Assembly (NCBI GenBank): GCA_001782235.1
Contig: MFOC01000007.1
Coordinates: 315,909 to 379,908 of the forward strand
Reading direction: 5' to 3'
Length of the DNA stretch: 64,000 bases
Source of the DNA: Candidatus Levybacteria bacterium RIFCSPHIGHO2_02_FULL_40_18
GTDB lineage: Bacteria; Patescibacteriota; Microgenomatia; Levybacterales; GWA1-39-11
The notes beneath the pieces were generated by a model that saw only the letters and a list, made by a program, of their open reading frames with translations, made no database searches and was not told the DNA's origin. How positions within the stretch are numbered: position 1 is the first letter of the stretch; the number at the start of each line of letters is the position of its first letter. Of the stretch, positions 46,685 through 55,929 are shown piece after piece. The position numbers were made by a program, and so were the translations under genes.

Positions 46685-47950
46685 ATGCTGAAGAAACTTA
46701 AAAAACTTCTATCGTTGCTGGGGCCGGGATTCATTACCGGCGCATCGGATGATGACCCATCGGGAATTGCAACATATGCCCAAACTGGCGCACAATTCGG
46801 ATATTCCCAGCTTTGGACCGCACCTTTCTCTTTTCCCTTCATGACGGCAATTCAAGAGATGTGTGGAAGAATAGGGCTCGTAACAGGAAAGGGGCTTTCG
46901 GGCGTTATCAAAAAATATTATTCAAGGCCCGTTCTCTACATTGCTGTTTTAATTCTTTTTACCGCGAACACTGTGAATATAGGGGCAAATCTTGGGGCAA
47001 TGGCAAGCGCGGCTGGTTTATTATTCGACATACCTTTTATTTTCTGGCTTGTGGGAATGACCGTTTTAACTTTAATTCTTGAAGTTTTTGTATCATATAA
47101 ACTTTATTCAAAATACCTAAAGTATCTTGCGTTCTCACTTTTTGCATATGTGCTGGTGGTGTTTGTAGTAAGACAGAATTGGGAGCAAATAATAGCTTCA
47201 ACAATTGTCCCAAGTTTCGCTCTAAGTGGTAGTTATCTACTTAATATTGTTGCAATTTTGGGAACTACAATTTCTCCATATCTTTTTTTCTGGCAAGAGA
47301 CAGAGGAGGTTGAGGAGGAAGTCGAAAAAGGTAAGATCATGGGGATTGGGCGAGGTATACCAAAAGTATTAAAAAGAGACATTAGAATCATGAGAATAGA
47401 CACGGTTATCGGAATGTTTTTCTCGAATCTTGTAATGTTCTTTATTATCGCGACTGTCGCATCAACCCTTTATGCTTCAGGGATCCATAATATAAACACG
47501 GCCGATCAAGTGGCCGAAGCACTCAGACCATTAGCAGGAGATTTTGCCTATCTGCTTTTTGCGGCAGGAATAATTGGGACCGGTCTTCTTTCTGTTCCAA
47601 TCCTGGCAGGTTCGGCGTCATATGCGCTAGCCGAAGCTCTTGGGTGGCGCGAAGGATTGTATCGAAAGTTAAAACAGGCTCATGGATTTTATGGTGCAAT
47701 AACTATTGCAACGCTGATTGGCTTACTTGTGAATTTTTTGCATATACCGCCATTTCAAATGCTTTATTACACAGCCGTACTCAACGGGATCGCCGCTCCG
47801 CCGCTTATTATTCTTATTTTATTAATCTCAAACAACAAAAAAATCATGGGCGGACGCACCAATTCGACACTTTCGAATGCATTGGGAATAACAATAACTG
47901 CAGTTATGTCTTTCGCCGCATTAGCCCTCCTCTTTGATCTCATTTTTTGA
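46685..47950 (+). CDS. NRAMP-family divalent metal transporter
   Basis: LGPGFITGASDDDPSGIATY.Q.GA, QEMCGRIG.VTG, LGTTISPYLFFWQ. Confidence 0.9.
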   Translation: MLKKLKKLLSLLGPGFITGASDDDPSGIATYAQTGAQFGYSQLWTAPFSFPFMTAIQEMCGRIGLVTGKGLSGVIKKYYSRPVLYIAVLILFTANTVNIGANLGAMASAAGLLFDIPFIFWLVGMTVLTLILEVFVSYKLYSKYLKYLAFSLFAYVLVVFVVRQNWEQIIASTIVPSFALSGSYLLNIVAILGTTISPYLFFWQETEEVEEEVEKGKIMGIGRGIPKVLKRDIRIMRIDTVIGMFFSNLVMFFIIATVASTLYASGIHNINTADQVAEALRPLAGDFAYLLFAAGIIGTGLLSVPILAGSASYALAEALGWREGLYRKLKQAHGFYGAITIATLIGLLVNFLHIPPFQMLYYTAVLNGIAAPPLIILILLISNNKKIMGGRTNSTLSNALGITITAVMSFAALALLFDLIF

Positions 47951-47953
47951 TAG

Positions 47954-48034
47954 ACTCCGTTAGAGACTTGAGAAAAATAATTTTTATAAATTATTTTTCT
48001 ACTTAGTAGTTGCGCTATGCGTCTCTAACGGGGT
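47954..48034. repeat. MITE-like element with 14-bp terminal inverted repeats
   Basis: ACTCCGTTAGAGAC ... GTCTCTAACGGGGT enclosing an AT-rich hairpin. Confidence 0.75.
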
Positions 48035-48049
48035 AAAATTAGCTTTGCT

Positions 48050-49051
48050 ATGAATGATTTCATTAAACGGGCAAAAATTTTGCTTGAAAAAATGGATGTT
48101 AAACAAAATAAGGTTCGCATTCAGGAAATTGAGACTGAATCCACATCGCCGGATTTTTGGAAGGATACTAAGTTAGCCACTCAAAAAATGAAGGAGATGG
48201 CGGCTCTTCAAAAAGAAGTCGAGAGCGCTGAGAAGCTTTCGAAATATATAGAATCGAACAACACGACAGGTTTAAGTTCATTACTTTCTGATATGGAGGT
48301 CTATTTTTATCTGTCAGGTCCATATGATAAGAATAATGCTATTCTGTCAATTCATGCAGGACAGGGAGGCGCAGATGCTATGGACTTCTCAGAGATGCTT
48401 AAGCGAATGTATGTTCGTTATTTTGAAAAAAAGGATTGGAAGTATGACATTTTAGATGAAACGCCGGGCGAAGAAGCAGGAATTAAAAGTGTTTCTTTAT
48501 CAATCGAAGGGCAGTTTGCTTATGGATATTTGAAAGGCGAGCAAGGGGTCCATCGTTTGGTTCGTCTATCTCCGTTTAGCGCGAGCAAACTAAGGCACAC
48601 TTCCTTTGCGCTTGTGGAAGTTTTGCCTCAGGTTGAAACCTTCGAATTTGAAATAAAAGAGGATGATCTTGAGTGGGAGTTTTATCGAGCATCAGCGCAT
48701 GGTGGTCAAAATGTCCAAAAAGTCTCATCAGCTGTTCGCTTAAAACATACACCAACAGGAATTACAGTTTCATGTCAGACCGAAAGATATCAAGCGCAAA
48801 ATAGAGAGAATGCATTGAAACTTTTAAAAGCAAAATTATGGGCGCGCGAGCAGGAGGAACGTTCGGAGGAAGAAAAAAAACTAAAAGGCGAATATAAACC
48901 TGCTTCTTGGGGAAATCAGATCCGTTCCTATGTTTTACACCCTTATCAAATGGTAAAAGACCTGCGGACACAAACGGAAACCAGCAACACACAGGGAGTA
49001 TTAGACGGCGATATTGACATATTTATAGACGCAGAACTTAAGGCCGATTAA
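48050..49051 (+). CDS. prfB: Peptide chain release factor 2
   Basis: GVHRLVRLSPF (SPF), RHTSFA, GGQNV, WGNQIRSYVLHPY.MVKD. Confidence 0.97.
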   Translation: MNDFIKRAKILLEKMDVKQNKVRIQEIETESTSPDFWKDTKLATQKMKEMAALQKEVESAEKLSKYIESNNTTGLSSLLSDMEVYFYLSGPYDKNNAILSIHAGQGGADAMDFSEMLKRMYVRYFEKKDWKYDILDETPGEEAGIKSVSLSIEGQFAYGYLKGEQGVHRLVRLSPFSASKLRHTSFALVEVLPQVETFEFEIKEDDLEWEFYRASAHGGQNVQKVSSAVRLKHTPTGITVSCQTERYQAQNRENALKLLKAKLWAREQEERSEEEKKLKGEYKPASWGNQIRSYVLHPYQMVKDLRTQTETSNTQGVLDGDIDIFIDAELKAD

Positions 49052-49053
49052 GT

Positions 49054-49461
49054 ATGGAGAAAATAGTTAGGTCCGGAGTATCGGTAATAATTATAAAAAA
49101 CGGCAAAGTACTGCTCGCCAAAAGATTGAGTCGTCACGGATATAGAACGTGGGGATTTCCTGGCGGTCACTTGGAGCATCTTGAGAGCTTTGAGGATTGT
49201 GCTATTCGTGAGGTTTTTGAAGAAACATCGCTTAAGGTAAAAAATATAAGATTCGGGTCGATTACAAATGACATTTTTGAAAGTGGTAAACACTACATAA
49301 CGATTTTTATGGTGTGTGGCTGGAAGTCTGGTGAGGCGCGTTCGATGGAACCTGAAAAGGCGGGTGAATGGGATTGGTTCGAGTGGGAAAATTTGCCAAA
49401 ACCTCTGTTTTTACCAATCGTTAATTTACTCAAGCAAAACTTCCACCCCCTAGAGCAATAG
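49054..49461 (+). CDS. NUDIX hydrolase (NUDT15/MutT-like)
   Basis: PGGHLE..ES...CA.REV.EETSL, HYITIF, EPEK. Confidence 0.9.
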   Translation: MEKIVRSGVSVIIIKNGKVLLAKRLSRHGYRTWGFPGGHLEHLESFEDCAIREVFEETSLKVKNIRFGSITNDIFESGKHYITIFMVCGWKSGEARSMEPEKAGEWDWFEWENLPKPLFLPIVNLLKQNFHPLEQ

Positions 49462-49564
49462 TTTCCTCATTCATAGACTCTTAACGATTGATTATTGACA
49501 ACCTAATAGATTTATAAGTAATATTATTCCGTTCATCTGAATGACCGGTATTTTACTATATGAT

Positions 49565-50002
49565 ATGATGCAGGTTTCAAAGAATTATTTGTCTAAGAAT
49601 TTAGAAAATAAATTGTTCGAACTGTTTTTTGATTCTTTAGCTCATATTTCGAATCGTTCTGACATTGAAAAATTCCTATTCAGTTTAATTAGTCCATTCG
49701 AGAAAACGATGTTGGCAAAAAGATTAGGAATTGCCATCCTTTTAACAAAAGGATATCGACAAGAAGAGATAAGGAAGATTTTGAGAGTCTCTAATGAAAC
49801 AGTTTCGCGAGTAAGTATGGCTTTAAATTATAGAGGCGAAGGATACAAAATAGTTATAAAGAGAGCGTTGGACAAAGAGCGATTCAATGAAATCTTCGGA
49901 ACGATTTTGAAAGAAACATTATCCGCATTTTCATATTCTAATTATCGAAAATGGCCAGGATTGGAACCTCATAAGGGTGACAAGAAAACTCCTCTTGGCT
50001 AG
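49565..50002 (+). CDS. TrpR/YerC-YecD-like helix-turn-helix protein
   Basis: E..MLAKRL.IA.LL..G.....I...L.VS..T.SRV. Confidence 0.8.
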   Translation: MMQVSKNYLSKNLENKLFELFFDSLAHISNRSDIEKFLFSLISPFEKTMLAKRLGIAILLTKGYRQEEIRKILRVSNETVSRVSMALNYRGEGYKIVIKRALDKERFNEIFGTILKETLSAFSYSNYRKWPGLEPHKGDKKTPLG

Positions 50003-50054
50003 CTCACTTATTATTGCCTTGCCAAAATTGTTGAAATGTGGTTTACTAGTGGTT

Positions 50055-50540
50055 ATGGAAAAGGATCAGCCCCGATCTGATCGGGGTGAATTGGTTCATA
50101 ATTTTAGTGGATCAGACGCAAAAATGACTGCTTCCAAAAGCACACCTTCTAAAGTCCCGATAATTTTGTTTTTAATCCTTGCGGTTTTAGGTATAGGAAC
50201 GGGTTTTTTACTTTCCCAAACTCAGAATGCCTCCTTGGTTGGCGGGCCTTCTTCACCGCTGTCAAAAGTCGCAGGTCCGCAAAAAGGTCAGACTTTTGGA
50301 TCAAAAGATGAAAAAACTTTCAAAGACAGTGCGGAAGGAACTCTTCGTGAAGGAGGCATAGATGGCGAGGGCGCATACCATCTTGAAAGACCGGGCGGAG
50401 AATCTCAAAATGTATATCTTACGTCATCGGTGCTCGATTTGTCCCAGTTTATAAGTAAAAAAGTGAAAGTCTGGGGGGAGACACATGCAGCCGAGAAGGC
50501 TGGTTGGCTGATGGACGTAGGCCGACTCCAGGTTTTATAG
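50055..50540 (+). CDS. Conserved membrane-anchored hypothetical protein
   Basis: TM segment; FKDSAEG.L..GG.DGEG.YHL.RPGG.SQ.VYLTSS, WGET...KAGWLMDVG. Confidence 0.75.
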   Translation: MEKDQPRSDRGELVHNFSGSDAKMTASKSTPSKVPIILFLILAVLGIGTGFLLSQTQNASLVGGPSSPLSKVAGPQKGQTFGSKDEKTFKDSAEGTLREGGIDGEGAYHLERPGGESQNVYLTSSVLDLSQFISKKVKVWGETHAAEKAGWLMDVGRLQVL

Positions 50541-50622
50541 CTAAATAGTTAGAATAGCTAAATGGCTACATGGTTTTATTTTTATGTTCAGCTATTTAAC
50601 CATTCAACTATTTTAGCTATTT
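50538..50622. repeat. 8/9-nt-period inverted-arm element (family B)
   Basis: TAGCTAAATAGTTAGAATAGCTAAATGGCTACATGGTT ... AGCTATTTAACCATTCAACTATTTTAGCTATT. Confidence 0.8.
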
Positions 50623-50629
50623 TTATTCG

Positions 50630-51418
50630 ATGATTGAATTTAAAGATGTTACAAAAAAATTCGCCAGCGAGCCTGTCCTTGACAAAATAAATTTCCTTAT
50701 TGATAAAGGCAGCTTCGTATATCTTGTGGGGCCTACAGGATCCGGTAAAACGACAATTTTCAGGCTTATTATAAGAGATATTTTGCCCTCAGAAGGTACT
50801 ATAGCCCTTGGGGACTGGGACTTATTAACTCTTCCTCGTTCAAAAGTTCCACATCTTCGTCGCCGCGTTGGAGTTGTTTTTCAAGACCTCAGATTATTGA
50901 TGGACAGAACTGTTTCGGAGAACGTAATGCTGCCGCTTGAGTTCTCGGGGATGAGTGAGACTGAGGCACGCGAGAAAGCGGAAAAAGTACTTTCAGAAGT
51001 TGGACTTGCGGGAAAATTTGACCAATTCCCTTTGCAGCTGTCAGGAGGAGAGAGACAAAGAGTGGCTATTGCCCGGGCGCTCGTTTTTGAACCGGAGATA
51101 ATACTTGCGGATGAACCAACCGGAAACCTTGATATTGAAACTTCTTTTCAGATTCTTGATTTACTTCAGACCATAAATAAAAAAGGAACCACCGTGTTTA
51201 TGGCAACACATAATGAAAAGCTCATCTCAGGCCATGATCGAGTAATTGTTCTTGAGAAAGGACGCATTGTAGAAGATAGGTCCTCAGAAAAGTCAAAGAA
51301 AAAATCCTCCTCAAAAGAAGACTCGCAAGAAAAAGTAGAGACGTCCAAAGAGACTGAGAAAAAATCCCACCCTGCGGAAGATAAAATAAAACTTGAAATA
51401 CTAGCAAAAAATGATTAG
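50630..51418 (+). CDS. ftsE: Cell division ATP-binding protein FtsE
   Basis: GPTGSGKT, LRRRVGVVFQD, LSGGE.QRV.IARA, LADEPTGNLD; precedes ftsX. Confidence 0.93.
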   Translation: MIEFKDVTKKFASEPVLDKINFLIDKGSFVYLVGPTGSGKTTIFRLIIRDILPSEGTIALGDWDLLTLPRSKVPHLRRRVGVVFQDLRLLMDRTVSENVMLPLEFSGMSETEAREKAEKVLSEVGLAGKFDQFPLQLSGGERQRVAIARALVFEPEIILADEPTGNLDIETSFQILDLLQTINKKGTTVFMATHNEKLISGHDRVIVLEKGRIVEDRSSEKSKKKSSSKEDSQEKVETSKETEKKSHPAEDKIKLEILAKND

Positions 51419-52271
51419 TACTGTTTCAAAATATGTTAGAAGGTCGCCGTATCAGGCACTTTCTGCAGCTCTTATCATGAGCCTGACTTTCTTTGCGATT
51501 ACTATCTTTTCTATTCTTACAATTCTTTCAATTCGTTTTATCTCCTATTTTGAAACACGACCTCAGCTCACCGTCTTTTTTAAAGATTCGGCAAGTCGGG
51601 ATGAGATCCGAGGGCTTGAAAATAAACTTTCAGATACCGGTAGAACTTCTTCCATTACGTATGTTTCAAAAGAAGAGGCCCTTGCCATATACAAAGAGCA
51701 AAATAAAAAAGATCCGATTCTACTTGACTTGGTTACCGCAGATATTCTCCCGGCCTCAATAGAGGTTCAGGCAACACAAGCAGAATACCTTGCAGACCTT
51801 GCGGGAATCGTGCGTGGTTCCCCATTAGTTGAAGAAGTTGTCTTTCAGAAAGATATTGTCGACACGCTGATCTCTTGGACAAATGCCGCAAGAAGACTTG
51901 GAATAGCCATTATTGCTATTCTTGTCACTGTTTCAGTGTTAGTCATAATTACAATAATTGGAATAAAGATTACCGTAAGGCGTGAAGAGATAGAGACAAT
52001 GAAGCTTTTGGGCGCGACAAATTGGTTTATTAGGGCACCATTTCTTTTGGAAGGGGCATTTTACGGATTTGTAGGTTCTCTTGCCGGTGGGGGTCTGGCA
52101 ATAGCCTTATTTTATTACTTCTCGCCGTCTTTTGAAGCGTTCCTGCGAGGAGTTGCCATTTTTCCGATCTCGCCGGTCATGATGCTTGAGCTTCTTGCAA
52201 TTGAGACGATTGTTGCCTGCCTCTTAGGAATGTTCGCAAGTTACATGGCAGTACTACGATACTTAAAATAA
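51411..52271 (+). CDS. ftsX: Cell division permease FtsX
   Basis: YVSKEEAL, LPAS.EV, RREEI..MKLLGAT.WFIR.PF.LEG. Confidence 0.93.
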   Translation: MISTVSKYVRRSPYQALSAALIMSLTFFAITIFSILTILSIRFISYFETRPQLTVFFKDSASRDEIRGLENKLSDTGRTSSITYVSKEEALAIYKEQNKKDPILLDLVTADILPASIEVQATQAEYLADLAGIVRGSPLVEEVVFQKDIVDTLISWTNAARRLGIAIIAILVTVSVLVIITIIGIKITVRREEIETMKLLGATNWFIRAPFLLEGAFYGFVGSLAGGGLAIALFYYFSPSFEAFLRGVAIFPISPVMMLELLAIETIVACLLGMFASYMAVLRYLK

Positions 52272-52278
52272 ATACTCA

Positions 52279-53544
52279 ATGGCTAAATGGTTACATGGTT
52301 ACATAGTTAGATCATCTTTCGCAATTCTCGTTCTGTTTCTTTCTTTATTCTTAGGCAGGATTGTTTTTGCACAAACGGTAACGCCATCCCCAACGCTTTC
52401 ACCTACGCCAACTCCGGAATCGAATTCTTCGTCAAATGTCTGTACTGGCGTTCAGGAATGTGCCGATCAAAAATTAGATTGCTCAAAGTGTATAGAATAT
52501 TTAACAAACAAGAAGAATGAGGCTTCGGGCAAAGCAAAAACTCTCTCGTCGGAAATCGCCGTAACAAATAACCAAATTAAATTAACTGAGGCAAGAATAA
52601 GAGCAACCGAACAGAAAATAAAAGAGCTTCAGAAAGACATAGGCATTGCAAAAGGAAAGATAGAGGAGCTTGAAAGCACGATAGATAGGGCAACAAGACT
52701 CTTGATTGAAAGAATTGCCGCCGTATATCAGGTGGGAAGAATTGAGCCTTGGCAAATATTCTTGACCGCAAGGAATATTGATGATGTTTTTTCAAGACTT
52801 AAGTATCTTCGTTTAGTTCAAATTTATGATAAGAGACAAGTTTATGCAGCGGAACAGGCAAAAACTGACTATGCAAACCAAAAAGAAATTTTTGAGGACA
52901 AAGAAGGCGAGGCAAAAAGCCTAAGTGCAAAACTCGAAGGTTATAATCAACAACTTGAAACAGAAAAAGCCGGAAAGCAAGAATTGCTGAATATAACCCG
53001 GAATGATGAGGCAAGATATCAAAGATTCTTAGCCCAAGCAAGAGCTGAGCGAGCAATAATCCAGGGTGGGGGGACGGAGGTATTTTTGCGGAATGTTAAT
53101 GTAGGCGATTCGGTCGGAACAATAATTTCAGGTAGATCCGGTTGTTCCACGGGTACACATGTTCACTTCAGTGTTTATCAAGGAACTTCTCCGCGCGATC
53201 CAAGCGATTTCCTCTCATCAAAGGGGGTTTCCTACTCGTATCCCGAGTCGCAGTATGGATATTATGGCACTGTAAATCCGCATGGAAGTTATCCATGGCC
53301 TCTTGACGACCCAATTCAAGTTAATCAGGGATATGGTTCGCATGGGTTTGCTCAGCAGTTTTATCCAAGTGGGTTTCATGACGGGATTGATATGGAGGGC
53401 GGAAGTCTTAATGTTAAGGCAGTCCGCGCTGGCAAGCTTTATGAAGGAAGTTACGGCGGCTGTAGTTATGGTCCCCTGACTTACGCAAAAGTTGAGCACG
53501 ATGATGGATTGATAACTTGGTATCTTCACATAACTCCCCACTAG
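52279..53544 (+). CDS. EnvC/PcsB-like coiled-coil protein with M23 peptidase-like domain
   Basis: Signal/TM, long coiled coil, STGTHVHF and HDGID motifs; follows ftsEX. Confidence 0.8.
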   Translation: MAKWLHGYIVRSSFAILVLFLSLFLGRIVFAQTVTPSPTLSPTPTPESNSSSNVCTGVQECADQKLDCSKCIEYLTNKKNEASGKAKTLSSEIAVTNNQIKLTEARIRATEQKIKELQKDIGIAKGKIEELESTIDRATRLLIERIAAVYQVGRIEPWQIFLTARNIDDVFSRLKYLRLVQIYDKRQVYAAEQAKTDYANQKEIFEDKEGEAKSLSAKLEGYNQQLETEKAGKQELLNITRNDEARYQRFLAQARAERAIIQGGGTEVFLRNVNVGDSVGTIISGRSGCSTGTHVHFSVYQGTSPRDPSDFLSSKGVSYSYPESQYGYYGTVNPHGSYPWPLDDPIQVNQGYGSHGFAQQFYPSGFHDGIDMEGGSLNVKAVRAGKLYEGSYGGCSYGPLTYAKVEHDDGLITWYLHITPH

Positions 53545-53586
53545 AAATAGTATCTAGATATTAGATACTAGATATTAGATAATAGG
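53545..53586. repeat. 7-nt-period tract
   Basis: TAGATAT TAGATAC TAGATAT TAGATAA. Confidence 0.7.
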
Positions 53587-53592
53587 TGCGAA

Positions 53593-54411
53593 ATGATGAG
53601 ACGATTCTTGTTGGTTTTATTCTTGATTTCGGTGACCTTTTTTATTTTACCCAGCGAAATATATGCTTCTATTACAATTAACGAATTCAGTTCTAGTACG
53701 TCTAGCGATGACTGGGTAGAAATATATTTTGAGAGCGAAGACACTGCATTATATCAGCTAGTAGATGCTTCGGATAATACAAAAAACTTATCAGATGGAA
53801 GTTGTTCTGGTAATTTTTGTACAGTTGATTGGTCGAACAGATTAAATAATAATGGCGACACAATAAAACTTCGGCTGATATCCTCTAGTTCAGTCGTGGA
53901 TGAAATAACTTACGGGAATGATTCACTATCGGCTCCATCTGATGGGCAAACGGTCGGTCGACTTCCGGATGGAACAGGTTCGTTTGTGATGTTGTCTTCT
54001 TCATCGAAAGGGAGTTCGAATAATTCTTCGAATGCTGTAGTCTCGCCGACGGCGACGCCAACTAATACACCCACGCCTACGGATTCGCCGGATCCAACAA
54101 ACACGCCTACACCTACAAAAACTCCCACCCCAAAAAAGACGCCAACCCCGACTAAAAGACCAACCCCAACCCCTACAAAACTACAAGAGAAAGAGGCGGG
54201 GACGGATGATTTATTTGTTGCTGGCGAGACCAAAATTGCGCTTGATAAGTCTCCTACGCCTTCTGGAGTCACTGAGATTTTGGGAGAAAGCACATCAAAA
54301 CAGCCCCTTATTTTTATCGGCCTTGGGGCAATAGTTCTTGCAGTGTGCGGAATTCTTGCATATTTCCAGTTTGGAAACAAAATCCTTGTATGGAAGAAAC
54401 AGAATTTATAA
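53593..54411 (+). CDS. Surface protein with lamin-tail-like domain, P/T-rich linker and C-terminal TM
   Basis: ITINEF....DWVEIY, LNNNGD.IKL, GR.PDG.G; TPT repeats. Confidence 0.75.
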   Translation: MMRRFLLVLFLISVTFFILPSEIYASITINEFSSSTSSDDWVEIYFESEDTALYQLVDASDNTKNLSDGSCSGNFCTVDWSNRLNNNGDTIKLRLISSSSVVDEITYGNDSLSAPSDGQTVGRLPDGTGSFVMLSSSSKGSSNNSSNAVVSPTATPTNTPTPTDSPDPTNTPTPTKTPTPKKTPTPTKRPTPTPTKLQEKEAGTDDLFVAGETKIALDKSPTPSGVTEILGESTSKQPLIFIGLGAIVLAVCGILAYFQFGNKILVWKKQNL

Positions 54412-54878
54412 CTCGCTCGGCGAGAGAAACAGAAGATTTAGGTTCAAAACTTGCTCATAACTTTCGAATCGGTAATATTATTGTGTTGACGGGCGAACTA
54501 GGGGCAGGAAAAACTACCTTTGTTCAGGGGGTAGGCAAAGCATTTAATATTAAAAGCCGAATCATTTCGCCTACATTTATTTTGGTTAGAAGACACAAAG
54601 TGAAACTCAAAACTCAAAACTCAAAACTCAAAACTACAACTCCCCTCGATGAAACTCGGGGCAAGCAAAACTTAAAAACTCTCTATCATATTGATTTATA
54701 TCGGCTGGAGGATTCGGAGGAAATTAAAAATTTGGGGCTCGAGGAGATTTTTGAAGATCCGAACGCCATTTTTTTCGTCGAGTGGGGAGAAAAACACGAG
54801 GAGTTGAAAGCCTCTTGGGAAATAAACTTCGAGATCCTTGAGAAAGACAAGAGACGTATAACGCTCAAACATGAATAA
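54390..54878 (+). CDS. tsaE: t6A biosynthesis ATPase TsaE
   Basis: L.GELGAGKTTF, SPTF, YHIDLYRL, VEW. Confidence 0.95.
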   Translation: MEETEFITRSARETEDLGSKLAHNFRIGNIIVLTGELGAGKTTFVQGVGKAFNIKSRIISPTFILVRRHKVKLKTQNSKLKTTTPLDETRGKQNLKTLYHIDLYRLEDSEEIKNLGLEEIFEDPNAIFFVEWGEKHEELKASWEINFEILEKDKRRITLKHE

Positions 54879-55449
54879 AAATTTATTAAAAGCGCTCGAA
54901 ACTGTTAAGAAAGGAGGAATCATTATTTTTCCAACGGATACGGCATTCGGGATTGGATGTCGAGTTGATGATGAAAAAACCGTTGAACGATTATTTCAAA
55001 TTCGAAAACGACCAAAAGAAAAGGCTGTTCCTGTTCTTGCAAGTTCAATCAATATGGTTGAAGACTATGTCGAATATATCAAACCTGATGTTCGAAAGCT
55101 TATGGGGAAATATTGGCCGGGCGCTTTAACTTTGGTCTTGCCAGCGAAAGTAGAAAGAGTGTCGAATTTGATTCGCGGTGGTGGGAAAACAATAGGGATT
55201 CGGATTCCGGATCATGATTCAATTCTTAGGGTTATTAGGGCGGTTGGGGTGCCGATTTTGGGGCCATCCGCGAACCTTGCGGGAGAGAAAACGCCTTTTA
55301 AAATGTCTGATTTAGATCCGAATTTGGTACGATTGGTTGATTTTGTTTTGCACGGCCGTTGTAAAATTAAGAAGCCCTCCACAGTTCTTGACGTTTCGAA
55401 AAAGCCATGGAAGGTGATTCGGCAGGGAGCCGTCCGTCTAACAAAGTAA
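54871..55449 (+). CDS. tsaC: Threonylcarbamoyl-AMP synthase (Sua5/YrdC/TsaC)
   Basis: FPTDT..G, K.RP..K, YWPGALT, GIRIP, PSAN, PSTV. Confidence 0.93.
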   Translation: MNKNLLKALETVKKGGIIIFPTDTAFGIGCRVDDEKTVERLFQIRKRPKEKAVPVLASSINMVEDYVEYIKPDVRKLMGKYWPGALTLVLPAKVERVSNLIRGGGKTIGIRIPDHDSILRVIRAVGVPILGPSANLAGEKTPFKMSDLDPNLVRLVDFVLHGRCKIKKPSTVLDVSKKPWKVIRQGAVRLTK

Positions 55450-55475
55450 CAAATTGACCAATTAACAAATTAACC

Positions 55476-55787
55476 GTGAATAAATTATATATTGATACAA
55501 GAGATAATAACCGGATTGTCGTTCGGTTAAATAAAAATGGAGAGGTATTCCAAGAAATATCGGTAGCAAGCAAAAATAAAGCTCAGATAACACTTCCTTT
55601 GATCGAGGAAGTTTTAAACAAGGCGAAACTTACGATTAGCGATATTGACAAAATTGATGTGGAAACAGGGCCGGGGTCTTTTACCGGGCTGCGGGTAGGA
55701 ATCTCGATTGCCAACGCACTGTCCTTCACAGGATTAGTCCGAATCAACGGCAAAAAACTCGGCGAGGTTGAAATACCCCAATACTAA
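55476..55787 (+). CDS. tsaB: Short TsaB (N-terminal domain only)
   Basis: LYIDT, GPGSFTGLRVG...ANAL; 103 aa. Confidence 0.85.
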   Translation: MNKLYIDTRDNNRIVVRLNKNGEVFQEISVASKNKAQITLPLIEEVLNKAKLTISDIDKIDVETGPGSFTGLRVGISIANALSFTGLVRINGKKLGEVEIPQY

Positions 55788-55789
55788 AA

Positions 55790-55901
55790 GTTTGGGTTTT
55801 GGTTTGTGTTTGGGCTGCTAGTATAGTCATGGTTTGGGTCTTGGGTTAAATTACCAAAAACCAAACCCTCTTACCATACGAGCTGCTCCACCCATACCCT
55901 T
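55790..55901. repeat. About 6-nt-period element with roughly inverted arms
   Basis: GTTTGG GTTTTG GTTTGT GTTTGG ... CCAAAA CCAAAC CC..ACCATA..CCATACCC. Confidence 0.65.
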
Positions 55902-55929
55902 AAACTATAACTTTTGATATGATAAAACT

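Noticed and set aside
54040-54185. Repetitive DNA in the lamin-tail-domain gene
   Set aside because: The periodicity is codon-based (Pro/Thr linker), ordinary for surface proteins.
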